Made by a program: the position numbers and the translations under genes | NCBI GenBank assembly: GCA_964016885.1 | Contig: OZ024759.1 | Coordinates: forward strand, 744,001 to 808,000 | Reading direction: 5' to 3' | Source of the DNA: Eledone cirrhosa | Lineage: Eukaryota | Length of the DNA stretch: 64,000 nucleotides | Part shown: in pieces, positions 1 to 15,800 of the stretch | Position numbering within the stretch: the first letter of the stretch is position 1 | How the letters are laid out: every line of letters begins with the position of its first letter | Notes under the pieces: generated by a model | What the model was told of the DNA's origin: nothing | The model's database searches: none | Seen by the model: only the letters and a program-made list of their open reading frames with translations

Positions 1-1176
1 AGCATGACAAAGTCTATATTAGTAGCATGACACAGTCTATATTAGTAACATGACACAGTCTATATTAGTAACATGACACAGTCTATATTAGTAACATGAT
101 TAGGTCTATATAAGTAGCATGACAAAGTCTATATTAGTAACATGACAAAGTCTATATTAGTAACATGACACAGTCTATATTAGTAACATGACAAAGTCTA
201 TATTAGTAACATGACAAAGTCTATATTAGTAACATGACACAGTCTATATTAGTAACATGACAAAGTCTATATTAGTAACATGACACTATCTATATTAGTA
301 ACTTGACAAAGTCTATATTAGTAACATGACACAGTCTATATTAGTAACATGACACAGTCTATATTAGTAACATGACAAAGTCTATATTAGTAGCATGACA
401 AAGTCTATATTAGTAACATGACAAAGTCTATATTAGTAACATGACACAGTCTATATTAGTAACATGACACAGTCTATATTAGTAACATGACAGTCTATAT
501 TAGTAACATGACAAAGTCTATATTAGTAGCATGACAAAGTCTATATTAGTAACATGACACAGTCTATATTAGTAACATGACAATCTATATTAGTAACATG
601 ACACAGTCTATATTAGTAACATGACAAAGTCTATATTAGTAGCATGACAAAGTCTATATTAGTAATATGACAGTCTATATTAGTAACATGACAAAGTCTA
701 TATTAGTAGCATGACAAAGTCTATATTAGTAGCATGACACAGTCTATATTAGTAACATGACACAGTCTATATTAGTAACATGACACAGTCTATATTAGTA
801 ACATGATTAGGTCTATATAAGTAGCATGACAAAGTCTATATTAGTAACATGACAAAGTCTATATTAGTAACATGACACAGTCTATATTAGTAACATGACA
901 AAGTCTATATTAGTAACATGACAAAGTCTATATTAGTAACATGACACAGTCTATATTAGTAACATGACAAAGTCTATATTAGTAACATGACACTATCTAT
1001 ATTAGTAACTTGACAAAGTCTATATTAGTAACATGACACAGTCTATATTAGTAACATGACACAGTCTATATTAGTAACATGACAAAGTCTATATTAGTAG
1101 CATGACAAAGTCTATATTAGTAACATGACAAAGTCTATATTAGTAACATGACACAGTCTATATTAGTAACATGACA
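1..1176. repeat. 707-bp (31-monomer) tandem duplication, left-truncated by the window
   Basis: Marker GATTAGGTCTATATAAG at 98 and 805, with CACTATC...AACTTG following both. 707 = 31x23 - 3x2, matching three 21-mers. The match ends at 470/1177. Confidence 0.85.
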
Positions 1177-4100
1177 AAGTCTATATTAGTAGCATGACAA
1201 AGTCTATATTAGTAACATGACAAAGTCTATATTAGTAACATGACACAGTCTATATTAGTAACATGACAAAGTCTATATTAGTAACATGACACAGTCTATA
1301 TTAGTAACATGACAAAGTCTATATTAGTAGCATGACAAAGTCTATATTAGTAACATGACACAGTCTATATTAGTAACATGACAAAGTCTATATTAGTAAC
1401 ATGACAAAGTCTATATTAGTAACATGACAAAGTCTATATTAGTAACATGACAAAGTCTATATTAGTAACATGACACAGTCTATATTAGTAACATGACAGT
1501 CTATATTAGTAGCATGACAAAGTCTATATTAGTAACATGACAAAGTCTATATTAGTAACATGACACAGTCTATATTAGTAACATGACACAGTCTATATTA
1601 GTAACATGACACAGTCTATATTAGTAACATGACAAGGTCTATATTAGTAACATGACACCGTCTATATTAGTAACATAACACAGTCTATATTAGTAACATG
1701 ACAGTCTATATTAGTAACATGACAAAGTCTATATTAGTAGCATGACAAAGTCTATATTAGTAACATGACACAGTCTATATTAGTAACATGACAAGGTCTA
1801 TATTAGTAACATGACAAAGTCTATATTAGTAACATGACAAAGTCTATATTAGTAACATGACAAAGTCTATATTAGTAACATGACACAGTCTATATTAGTA
1901 ACATGACAGTCTATATTAGTAACATGACAAAGTCTATATTAGTAGCATGACAAAGTCTATATTAGTAACATGACACAGTCTATATTAGTAACATGACAAT
2001 CTATATTCGTAACATGACACAGTCTATATTAGTAACATGACAAAGTCTATATTAGTAGCATGACAAAGTCTATATTAGTAACATGACAGTCTATATTAGT
2101 AACATGACAAAGTCTATATTAGTAGCATGACAAAGTCTATTTTAGTAGCATGACACAGTCTATATTAGTAACATGACACAGTCTATATTAGTAACATGGC
2201 ACAGTCTATATTAGTAACATGACAAAGTCTATATTAGTAGCATGACAAAGTCTATATTAGTAACATGACAAAGTCTATATTAGTAACATGACACAGTCTA
2301 TATTAGTAACATGACAAAGTCTATATTAGTAACATGACAAAGTCTATATTAGTAACATGACACAGTCTATATTAGTAACATGACACAGTCTATATTAGTA
2401 ACATGACAGTCTATATTGTAACATGACACAGTCTATATTAGTAACATGACACAGTCTATATTAGTAACATGACAAAGTCTATATTAGTAGCATGACACAG
2501 TCTATATTAGTAACATGACACAGTCTATATTAGTAACATGACAGTCTATATTAGTAACATGACAAAGTCTATATTAGTAGCATGACAAAGTCTATATTAG
2601 TAACATGACACAGTCTATATTAGTAACATGACACTCTATATTAGTAACATGACACAGTCTATATTAGTAACATGACAAAGTCTATATTAGTAGCATGACA
2701 AAGTCTATATTAGTAATATGACAGTCTATATTAGTAACATGACAAAGTCTATATTAGTAGCATGACAAAGTCTATATTAGTAGCATGACACAGTCTATAT
2801 TAGTAACATGACACAGTCTATATTAGTAACATGACACAGTCTATATTAGTAACATGATTAGGTCTATATAAGTAGCATGACAAAGTCTATATTAGTAACA
2901 TGACAAAGTCTATATTAGTAACATGACACAGTCTATATTAGTAACATGACAAAGTCTATATTAGTAACATGACAAAGTCTATATTAGTAACATGACACAG
3001 TCTATATTAGTAACATGACAAAGTCTATATTAGTAACATGACACTATCTATATTAGTAACTTGACAAAGTCTATATTAGTAACATGACACAGTCTATATT
3101 AGTAACATGACACAGTCTATATTAGTAACATGACAAAGTCTATATTAGTAGCATGACAAAGTCTATATTAGTAACATGACAAAGTCTATATTAGTAACAT
3201 GACACAGTCTATATTAGTAACATGACAAAGTCTATATTAGTAGCATGACAAAGTCTATATTAGTAACATGACAAAGTCTATATTAGTAACATGACACAGT
3301 CTATATTAGTAACATGACAAAGTCTATATTAGTAACATGACACAGTCTATATTAGTAACATGACAAAGTCTATATTAGTAGCATGACAAAGTCTATATTA
3401 GTAACATGACACAGTCTATATTAGTAACATGACAAAGTCTATATTAGTAACATGACAAAGTCTATATTAGTAACATGACAAAGTCTATATTAGTAACATG
3501 ACAAAGTCTATATTAGTAGCATGACAAAGTCTATATTAGTAACATGACACAGTCTATATTAGTAACATGACAAAGTCTATATTAGTAACATGACAAAGTC
3601 TATATTAGTAACATGACAAAGTCTATATTAGTAACATGACAAAGTCTATATTAGTAACATGACACAGTCTATATTAGTAACATGACAGTCTATATTAGTA
3701 GCATGACAAAGTCTATATTAGTAACATGACAAAGTCTATATTAGTAACATGACACAGTCTATATTAGTAACATGACACAGTCTATATTAGTAACATGACA
3801 CAGTGTATATTAGTAACATGACACAGTCTATATTAGTAACATGGCAAAGTCTATATTAGTAACATGACAAAGTCTATATTAGTAACATGACAAGGTCTAT
3901 ATTAGTAACATGACACCGTCTATATTAGTAACATAACACAGTCTATATTAGTAACATGACAGTCTATATTAGTAACATGACAAAGTCTATATTAGTAGCA
4001 TGACAAAGTCTATATTAGTAACATGACACAGTCTATATTAGTAACATGACAAGGTCTATATTAGTAACATTACAAAGTCTATATTAGTAACATGACAAAG

Positions 4101-6760
4101 TCTATATTAGTAACATGACAAAGTCTATATTAGTAACATGACACAGTCTATATTAGTAACATGACAGTCTATATTAGTAACATGACAAAGTCTATATTAG
4201 TAGCATGACAAAGTCTATATTAGTAACATGACACAGTCTATATTAGTAACATGACAATCTATATTCGTAACATGACACAGTCTATATTAGTAACATGACA
4301 AAGTCTATATTAGTAGCATGACAAAGTCTATATTAGTAACATGACAGTCTATATTAGTAACATGACAAAGTCTATATTAGTAGCATGACAAAGTCTATAT
4401 TAGTAGCATGACACAGTCTATATTAGTAACATGACACAGTCTATATTAGTAACATGGCACAGTCTATATTAGTAACATGACAAAGTCTATATTAGTAGCA
4501 TGACAAAGTCTATATTAGTAACATGACAAAGTCTATATTAGTAACATGACACAGTCTATATTAGTAACATGACAAAGTCTATATTAGTAACATGACAAAG
4601 TCTATATTAGTAACATGACACAGTCTATATTAGTAACATGACACAGTCTATATTAGTAACATGACAGTCTATATTGTAACATGACACAGTCTATATTAGT
4701 AACATGACACAGTCTATATTAGTAACATGACAAAGTCTATATTAGTAGCATGACACAGTCTATATTAGTAACATGACACAGTCTATATTAGTAACATGAC
4801 AGTCTATATTAGTAACATGACAAAGTCTATATTAGTAGCATGACAAAGTCTATATTAGTAACATGACACAGTCTATATTAGTAACATGACACTCTATATT
4901 AGTAACATGACACAGTCTATATTAGTAACATGACAAAGTCTATATTAGTAGCATGACAAAGTCTATATTAGTAATATGACAGTCTATATTAGTAACATGA
5001 CAAAGTCTATATTAGTAGCATGACAAAGTCTATATTAGTAGCATGACACAGTCTATATTAGTAACATGACACAGTCTATATTAGTAACATGACACAGTCT
5101 ATATTAGTAACATGATTAGGTCTATATAAGTAGCATGACAAAGTCTATATTAGTAACATGACAAAGTCTATATTAGTAACATGACACAGTCTATATTAGT
5201 AACATGACAAAGTCTATATTAGTAACATGACAAAGTCTATATTAGTAACATGACACAGTCTATATTAGTAACATGACAAAGTCTATATTAGTAACATGAC
5301 ACTATCTATATTAGTAACTTGACAAAGTCTATATTAGTAACATGACACAGTCTATGTTAGTAACATGACACAGTCTATATTAGTAACATGACAAAGTCTA
5401 TATTAGTAGCATGACAAAGTCTATATTAGTAACATGACAAAGTCTATATTAGTAACATGACACAGTCTATATTAGTAACATGACAAAGTCTATATTAGTA
5501 GCATGACAAAGTCTATATTAGTAACATGACAAAGTCTATATTAGTAACATGACACAGTCTATATTAGTAACATGACAAAGTCTATATTAGTAACATGACA
5601 CAGTCTATATTAGTAACATGACAAAGTCTATATTAGTAGCATGACAAAGTCTATATTAGTAACATGACACAGTCTATATTAGTAACATGACAAAGTCTAT
5701 ATTAGTAACATGACAAAGTCTATATTAGTAACATGACAAAGTCTATATTAGTAACATGACAAAGTCTATATTAGTAACATGACACAGTCTATATTAGTAA
5801 CATGACAGTCTATATTAGTAGCATGACAAAGTCTATATTAGTAACATGACAAAGTCTATATTAGTAACATGACACAGTCTATATTAGTAACATGACACAG
5901 TCTATATTAGTAACATGACACAGTGTATATTAGTAACATGACACAGTCTATATTAGTAACATGGCAAAGTCTATATTAGTAACATGACAAAGTCTATATT
6001 AGTAACATGACAAGGTCTATATTAGTAACATGACACCGTCTATATTAGTAACATAACACAGTCTATATTAGTAACATGACAGTCTATATTAGTAACATGA
6101 CAAAGTCTATATTAGTAGCATGACAAAGTCTATATTAGTAACATGACACAGTCTATATTAGTAACATGACAAGGTCTATATTAGTAACATGACAAAGTCT
6201 ATATTAGTAACATGACAAAGTCTATATTAGTAACATGACAAAGTCTATATTAGTAACATGACACAGTCTATATTAGTAACATGACAGTCTATATTAGTAA
6301 CATGACAAAGTCTATATTAGTAGCATGACAAAGTCTATATTAGTAACATGACACAGTCTATATTAGTAACATGACAATCTATACTCGTAACATGACACAG
6401 TCTATATTAGTAACATGACAAAGTCTATATTAGTAGCATGACAAAGTCTATATTAGTAACATGACAGTCTATATTAGTAACATGACAAAGTCTATATTAG
6501 TAGCATGACAAAGTCTATATTAGTAGCATGACACAGTCTATATTAGTAACATGACACAGTCTATATTAGTAACATGGCACAGTCTATATTAGTAACATGA
6601 CAAAGTCTATATTAGTAGCATGACAAAGTCTATATTAGTAACATGACAAAGTCTATATTAGTAACATGACACAGTCTATATTAGTAACATGACAAAGTCT
6701 ATATTAGTAACATGACAAAGTCTATATTAGTAACATGACACAGTCTATATTAGTAACATG
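470..6760. repeat. About three copies of a ~2.05-2.26-kb higher-order unit
   Basis: GATTAGG at 805, 2856, 5114 (spacings 2051, 2258). GACACCGTC at 1654, 3912, 6032 (spacings 2258, 2120). CACTATC, TCGT and GGCAC markers recur in the same order. Confidence 0.85.
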
Positions 6761-9700
6761 ACAAAGTCTATATTAGTAACATGACACTGTCTATATTAGT
6801 AACTTGACAAAGTCTATATTAGTAACATGACACAGTCTATATAAGTAACATGACACAGTCTATATTAGTAACATGACAAAGTCTATATTAGTAGCATGAC
6901 AAAGTCTATATTAGTAACATGACACAGTCTATATTAGTAACATGACAGTCTATATTAGTAGCATGACAAAGTCTATATTAGTAACATGACACAGTCTATA
7001 TTAGTAACATGACAAAGTCTATATTAGTAACATGACACAGTCTATATTAGTAACATGACAAAGTCTATATTAGTAACATGACACAGTCTATATTAGTAAC
7101 ATGACAAAGTCTATATTAGTAGCATGACAAAGTCTATATTAGTAACATGACACAGTCTATATTAGTAACATGACAAAGTCTATATTAGTAACATGACAAA
7201 GTCTATATTAGTAACATGACAAAGTCTATATTAGTAACATGACAAAGTCTATATTAGTAACATGACACAGTCTATATTAGTAACATGACACAGTCTATAT
7301 TAGTAACATGACACAGTCTATATTAGTAACATGACACAGTCTATATTAGTAACATGACAAAGTCTATATTAGTAACATGGCAAAGTCTATATTAGTAACA
7401 TGACAAAGTCTATATTAGTAACATGACATGGTCTATATTAGTAACATGACACAGTCTATATTAGTAACATGACACAGTCTATATTAGTAACATGACAGTC
7501 TATATTAGTAACATGACAAAGTCTATATTAGTAACATGACAAAGTCTATATTAGTAACATGACACAGTCTATATTAGTAACATAACAGTCTATATTAGTA
7601 ACATGACACATTCTATATTAGTAACATGACAAAGTCTATATTAGTAACATGACAAAGTCTATATTAGTAACATGACACAGTCTATATTAGTAGCATGACA
7701 AAGTCTATATTAGTAACATGACAGTCCATATTAGTAACATGACGAAGTCTATATTAGTAACATGACAAAGTCTATATTAGTAACATGACAGTCTATATTA
7801 GTAACATGACAAAGTCTATATTAGTAACATGACACAGTCTATATTAGTAACATGACAAAGTCTCTATTAATAACATGACAAAGTCTATATTAGTAACATG
7901 ACAGTCTATATTAGTAACATGACAAAGTCTCTATTAGTAACATGACAAAGTCTATATTAGTAACATGACAGTCTATATTAGTAACATGACAAAGTCTATA
8001 TTAGTAACATGACAGTCTATATTGTAACATGACACAGTCTATATTAGTAACATGACACAGTCTATATTAGTAACATGACAGTCTATATTAGTAACATGAC
8101 AAAGTATATATTAGTAACATGACAAAGACTATATTAGTAACATGACAAAGTCTATATTAGTAGCATGACACAGTCTATATTAGTAACATGACAAGGTCTA
8201 TATTAGTAACATGACACAGTCTATATTAGTAACATGACAAAGTCTATATTAGTAGAATGACACAGTCTATATTAGTAACATGACACAGTCTATATTAGTA
8301 ACATGACAGTCTATATTAGTAACATGACAAAGTCTATATTAGTAGCATGACAAAGTCTATATTAGTAACATGACACAGTCTATATTAGTAACTTGACAAT
8401 CTATATTAGTAACATGACACAGTCTATATTAGTAACATGACAAAGTCTATATTAGTAGCATGACAAAGTCTATATTAGTAACATGACAGTCTATATTAGT
8501 AACATGACAAAGTCTATATTAGTAGCATGACAAGGTCTATATTAGTAGCATGACACAGTCTATATTAGTAACATGACACAGTCTATATTAGTAACATGAC
8601 ACAGTCTATATTAGTAACATGACAAAGTCTATATTAGTAGCATGACAAAGTCTATATTAGCAACATGACAAAGTCTATATTAGTAACATAACACAGTCTA
8701 TATTAGTAACATGACAAAGTCTATATTATTAACATGACAAAGTCTATATTAGTAACACGACACAGTCTATATTAGTAACATGACAAAGTCTATATTAGTA
8801 ACATGACAGTGTCTATATTAGTTACTTGACAAAGTCTATATTAGTAACATGACACAGTCTATATTAGTAACATGACACAGTCTATATTAGTAACATGACA
8901 AAGTCTATATTAGTAGCATGACAAAGTCTATATTAGTAACATGACAAAGTCTATATTAGTAACATGACACAGTCTATATTAGTAACATGACAAAGTCTAT
9001 ATTAGTAACATGACACAGTCTATAATAGTAACATGACAAAGTCTATATTAGTAACATGACAGTCTATATTAGTAACATGACAGTCTATATTAGTAGCATG
9101 ACAAAGTCTATATTAGTAACATGACAAAGTCTATATTAGTAACATGACACAGTCTATATTAGTAACATGACACAGTCTATATTAGTAACATGAAAGTCTA
9201 TATTAGTATCATGACAAAGTCTATATTAGTAACATGACACAGTCTATATTAGTAACAAGACATACTCTATATTAGTAACATGACAAAGTCTATATTAGTA
9301 GCATGACAAAGTCTATATTAGTAACATGACAAAGTCTATATTAGTAACATGACACAGTCTATGTTAGTAACATGACAAAGTCTATATTAGTAACATGACA
9401 CAGTCTATATTAGTAACATGACAAAGTCTATATTAGTAGCATGACAAAGTCTATATTAGTAACATGACATAGTCTATATTAGTAACATGACAAAGTCTAT
9501 ATTAGTAACATGACAAAGACTATATTAGTAACATGACAAAGTCTATATTAGTAACATGACAAAGTCTATATTAGTAACATGACACAGTCTATATTAGTAA
9601 CATGACAGTCTATATTAGTAGCATGACAAAGTCTATATTAGTAACATGACAAAGTCTATATTAGTAACATGACACAGTCTATATTAGTAACATGACACAG

Positions 9701-9839
9701 TCTATATTAGTAACATGACACAGTCTATATTAGTAACATGACAAAGTCTATATTAGTAACATGGCAAAGTCTATATTAGTAACATGACAAAGTCTATATT
9801 AGTAACATGACAAGGTCTATATTAGTAACATGACACAGT

Positions 9840-12800
9840 CTATATTAGTAACATGACAGTCTATATTAGTAACATGACACATTCTATATTAGTAACATGA
9901 CAAAGTCTATATTAGTAGCATGACAAAGTCTATATTAGTAACATGACAGTCTATATTAGTAACATGACAAAGTCTATATTAGTAGCATGACAAAGTCTAC
10001 ATTAGTAGCATGACACAGTCTATATTAGTAACATGACACAGTCTATATTAGTAACATGACAAAGTCTATATTAGTAGCATGACACAGTCTATATTAGTAA
10101 CATGACACAGTCTATATTAGTAACATGACAGTCTATATTAGTAACATGACAAAGTCTATATTAGTAGCATGACAAAGTCTATATTAGTAACATGACACAG
10201 TCTATATTAGTAACATGACAATCTATATTAGTAACATGACACAGTCTATATTAGTAACATGACAAAGTCTATATTAGTAGCATCACAAAGTCTATATTAG
10301 TAACATGACAGTCTATATTAGTAACATGACAAAGTCTATATTAGTAGCATGACAAAGTCTATATTAGTAGCATGACACAGTCTATATTAGTAACATGACA
10401 CAGTCTATATTAGTAACATGACACAGTCTATATTAGTAACATGACAAAGTCTATATTAGCAGCATGACAAAGTCTATATTAGTAACATGACACAGTCTAT
10501 ATTAGTAACATGACAAAGTCTATATTAGTAACATGACAAAGTCTATATTAGTAACATGACACAGTCTATATTAGTAACATGACAAAGTCTATATTAGTAA
10601 CATGACACTGTCTATATTAGTAACTTGACAAAGTCTGTATTAGTAACATGACACAGTCTATATTAGTAACATGACACAGTCTATATTAGTAACATGACAA
10701 AGTCTATATTAGTAGCATGACAATGTCTATATTAGTAACATGACAAAGTCTATATTAGTAACATGACACAGTCTATATTAGTAACATGACAAAGTCTATA
10801 TTAGTAACATGACAAAGTCTATATTAGTAACATGACACAGTCTATAATAGTAACATGACAAAGTCTATATTAGTAACATGACAGTCTATATTAGTAACAT
10901 GACAGTCTATATTAGTAGCATGACAAAGTCTATATTAGTAACATGACAAAGTCTATATTAGTAACATGACACAGTCTATAATAGTAACATGACACAGTCT
11001 ATATTAGTAACATGAAAGTCTATATTAGTATCATGACAAAGTCTATATTAGTAACATGACAAAGTCTATATTAGTAACAAGACATAGTCTATATTAGTAA
11101 CATGACAAAGTCTATATTAGTAGCATGACAAAGTCTATATTAGTAACATGACAAAGTCTATATTAGTAACATGACACAGTCTATGTTAGTAACATGACAA
11201 AGTCTATATTAGTAACATGACACAGTCTATATTAGTAACATGACAAAGTCTATATTAGTAGCATGACAAAGTCTATATTAGTAACATGACACAGTCTATA
11301 TTAGTAACATGACAAAGTCTATATTAGTAACATGACAAAGACTATATTAGTAACATGACAAAGTCTATATTAGTAACATGACAAAGTCTATATTAGTAAC
11401 ATGACACAGTCTATATTAGTAACATGACAGTCTATATTAGTAGCATGACAAAGTCTATATTAGTAACATGACAAAGTCTATATTAGAAACATGACACAGT
11501 CTATATTAGTAACATGACACAGTCTATATTAGTAACATGACACAGTCTATATTAGTAACATGACAAAGTCTATATTAGTAACATGGCAAAGTCTATATTA
11601 GTAACATGACAAAGTCTATATTAGTAACATGACAAGGTCTATATTAGTAACATGACACAGTCTATATTAGTAACATGACAGTCTATATTAGTAACATGAC
11701 ACATTCTATATTAGTAACATGACAAAGTCTATATTAGTAGCATGACAAAGTCTATATTAGTAACATGACAGTCTATATTAGTAACATGACAAAGTCTATA
11801 TTAGTAGCATGACAAAGTCTACATTAGTAGCATGACACAGTCTATATTAGTAACATGACACAGTCTATATTAGTAACATGACAAAGTCTATATTAGTAGC
11901 ATGACACAGTCTATATTAGTAACATGACACAGTCTATATTAGTAACATGACAGTCTATATTAGTAACATGACAAAGTCTATATTAGTAGCATGACAAAGT
12001 CTATATTAGTAACATGACACAGTCTATATTAGTAACATGACAATCTATATTAGTAACATGACACAGTCTATATTAGTAACATGACAAAGTCTATATTAGT
12101 AGCATCACAAAGTCTATATTAGTAACATGACAGTCTATATTAGTAACATGACAAAGTCTATATTAGTAGCCTGACAAAGTCTATATTAGTAGCATGACAC
12201 AGTCTATATTAGTAACATGACACAGTCTATATTAGTAACATGACACAGTCTATATTAGTAACATGACAAAGTCTATATTAGCAGCATGACAAAGTCTATA
12301 TTAGTAACATGACAAAGTCTATATTAGTAACATGACACAGTCTATATTAGTAACATGACAAAGTCTATATTAGTAACATGACAAAGTCTATATTAGTAAC
12401 ATGACACAGTCTATATTAGTAACATGACAAAGTCTATATTAGTAACATGACACTGTCTATATTAGTAACTTGACAAAGTCTGTATTAGTAACATGACACA
12501 GTCTATATTAGTAACATGACACAGTCTATATTAGTAACATGACAAAGTCTATATTAGTAGCATGACAATGTCTATATTAGTAACATGACAAAGTCTATAT
12601 TAGTAACATGACACAGTCTATATTAGTAACATGACAAAGTCTATATTAGTAACATGACACAGTCTATATTAGTAACATGACAAAGTCTATATTAGTAACA
12701 TGACAGTCTATATTAGTAACATGACAGTCTATATTAGTAGCATGACAAAGTCTATATTAGTAACATGACAAAGTCTATATTAGTAACATGACACAGTCTA

Positions 12801-15800
12801 TATTAGTAACATGACACAGTCTATATTAGTAACATGACAGTCTATATTAGTAGCATGACAATGTCTATATTATTAACATGACACAGTCTATATTAATAAC
12901 AAGACATAGTCTATATTACTAACATGACATAGTCTATATTAGTAGCATGACAAAGTCTATATTAGTAACATGACAAAGTCTATATTAGTAACATGACACA
13001 GTCTATATTAGTAACATGACAAAGTCTATATTAGTAACATGACACAGTCTATATTAGTAACATGACAAAGTCTATATTAGTAGCATGACAAAGTCTATAT
13101 TAGTAACATGACACAGTCTATATTAGTAACATGACAAAGTCTATATTAGTAACATGACAAAGTCTATATTAGTAACATGACAAAGTCTATATTAGTAACA
13201 TGACTAAGTCTATATTAGTAACATGACACAGTCTATATTAGTAACATGACAGTCTATATTAGTAGCATGACAAAGTCTATATTAGTAACATGACAGAGTC
13301 TATATTAGTAACATGACACAGTCTATATTAGTAACATGACACAGTGTATATTAGTAACATGACAGTGTATATTAGTAACATGACAAAGTCTATATTAGTA
13401 ACATGGCAAAGTCTATGTTAGTAACATGACAAAGTCTATATTAGTAACATGACAGTCTATATTAGTAACATGACACATTCTATATTAGTAACATGACAAA
13501 GTCTATATTAGTAGCATGACAAAGTCTATATTAGTAACATGACAGTCTATATTAGTAACATGACAAAGTCTATATTAGTAGCATGACAAAGTCTACATTA
13601 GTAGCATGACACAGTCTATATTAGTAACATGACACAGTCTATATTAGTAACATGACAAAGTCTATATTAGTAGCATGACACAGTCTATATTAGTAACATG
13701 ACACAGTCTATATTAGTAACATGACAGTCTATATTAGTAACATGACAAAGTCTATATTAGTAGCATGACAAAGTCTATATTAGTAACATGACACAGTCTA
13801 TATTAGTAACATGACAATCTATATTAGTAACATGACACAGTCTATATTAGTAACATGACAAAGTCTATATTAGTAGCATCACAAAGTCTATATTAGTAAC
13901 ATGACAGTCTATATTAGTAACATGACAAAGTCTATATTAGTAGCATGACAAAGTCTATATTAGTAGCATGACACAGTCTATATTAGTAACATGACACAGT
14001 CTATATTAGTAACATGACACAGTCTATATTAGTAACATGACAAAGTCTATATTAGCAGCATGACAAAGTCTATATTAGTAACATGACACAGTCTATATTA
14101 GTAACATGACAAAGTCTATATTAGTAACATGACAAAGTCTATATTAGTAACATGACACAGTCTATATTAGTAACATGACAAAGTCTATATTAGTAACATG
14201 ACACTGTCTATATTAGTAACTTGACAAAGTCTGTATTAGTAACATGACACAGTCTATATTAGTAACATGACACAGTCTATATTAGTAACATGACAAAGTC
14301 TATATTAGTAGCATGACAATGTCTATATTAGTAACATGACAAAGTCTATATTAGTAACATGACACAGTCTATATTAGTAACATGACAAAGTCTATATTAG
14401 TAACATGACAAAGTCTATATTAGTAACATGACACAGTCTATAATAGTAACATGACAAAGTCTATATTAGTAACATGACAGTCTATATTAGTAACATGACA
14501 GTCTATATTAGTAGCATGACAAAGTCTATATTAGTAACATGACAAAGTCTATATTAGTAACATGACACAGTCTATAATAGTAACATGACACAGTCTATAT
14601 TAGTAACATGAAAGTCTATATTAGTATCATGACAAAGTCTATATTAGTAACATGACAAAGTCTATATTAGTAACAAGACATAGTCTATATTAGTAACATG
14701 ACAAAGTCTATATTAGTAGCATGACAAAGTCTATATTAGTAACATGACAAAGTCTATATTAGTAACATGACACAGTCTATGTTAGTAACATGACAAAGTC
14801 TATATTAGTAACATGACACAGTCTATATTAGTAACATGACAAAGTCTATATTAGTAGCATGACAAAGTCTATATTAGTAACATGACACAGTCTATATTAG
14901 TAACATGACAAAGTCTATATTAGTAACATGACAAAGACTATATTAGTAACATGACAAAGTCTATATTAGTAACATGACAAAGTCTATATTAGTAACATGA
15001 CACAGTCTATATTAGTAACATGACAGTCTATATTAGTAGCATGACAAAGTCTATATTAGTAACATGACAAAGTCTATATTAGAAACATGACACAGTCTAT
15101 ATTAGTAACATGACACAGTCTATATTAGTAACATGACACAGTCTATATTAGTAACATGACAAAGTCTATATTAGTAACATGGCAAAGTCTATATTAGTAA
15201 CATGACAAAGTCTATATTAGTAACATGACAAGGTCTATATTAGTAACATGACACAGTCTATATTAGTAACATGACAGTCTATATTAGTAACATGACACAT
15301 TCTATATTAGTAACATGACAAAGTCTATATTAGTAGCATGACAAAGTCTATATTAGTAACATGACAGTCTATATTAGTAACATGACAAAGTCTATATTAG
15401 TAGCATGACAAAGTCTACATTAGTAGCATGACACAGTCTATATTAGTAACATGACACAGTCTATATTAGTAACATGACAAAGTCTATATTAGTAGCATGA
15501 CACAGTCTATATTAGTAACATGACACAGTCTATATTAGTAACATGACAGTCTATATTAGTAACATGACAAAGTCTATATTAGTAGCATGACAAAGTCTAT
15601 ATTAGTAACATGACACAGTCTATATTAGTAACATGACAATCTATATTAGTAACATGACACAGTCTATATTAGTAACATGACAAAGTCTATATTAGTAGCA
15701 TCACAAAGTCTATATTAGTAACATGACAGTCTATATTAGTAACATGACAAAGTCTATATTAGTAGCCTGACAAAGTCTATATTAGTAGCATGACACAGTC

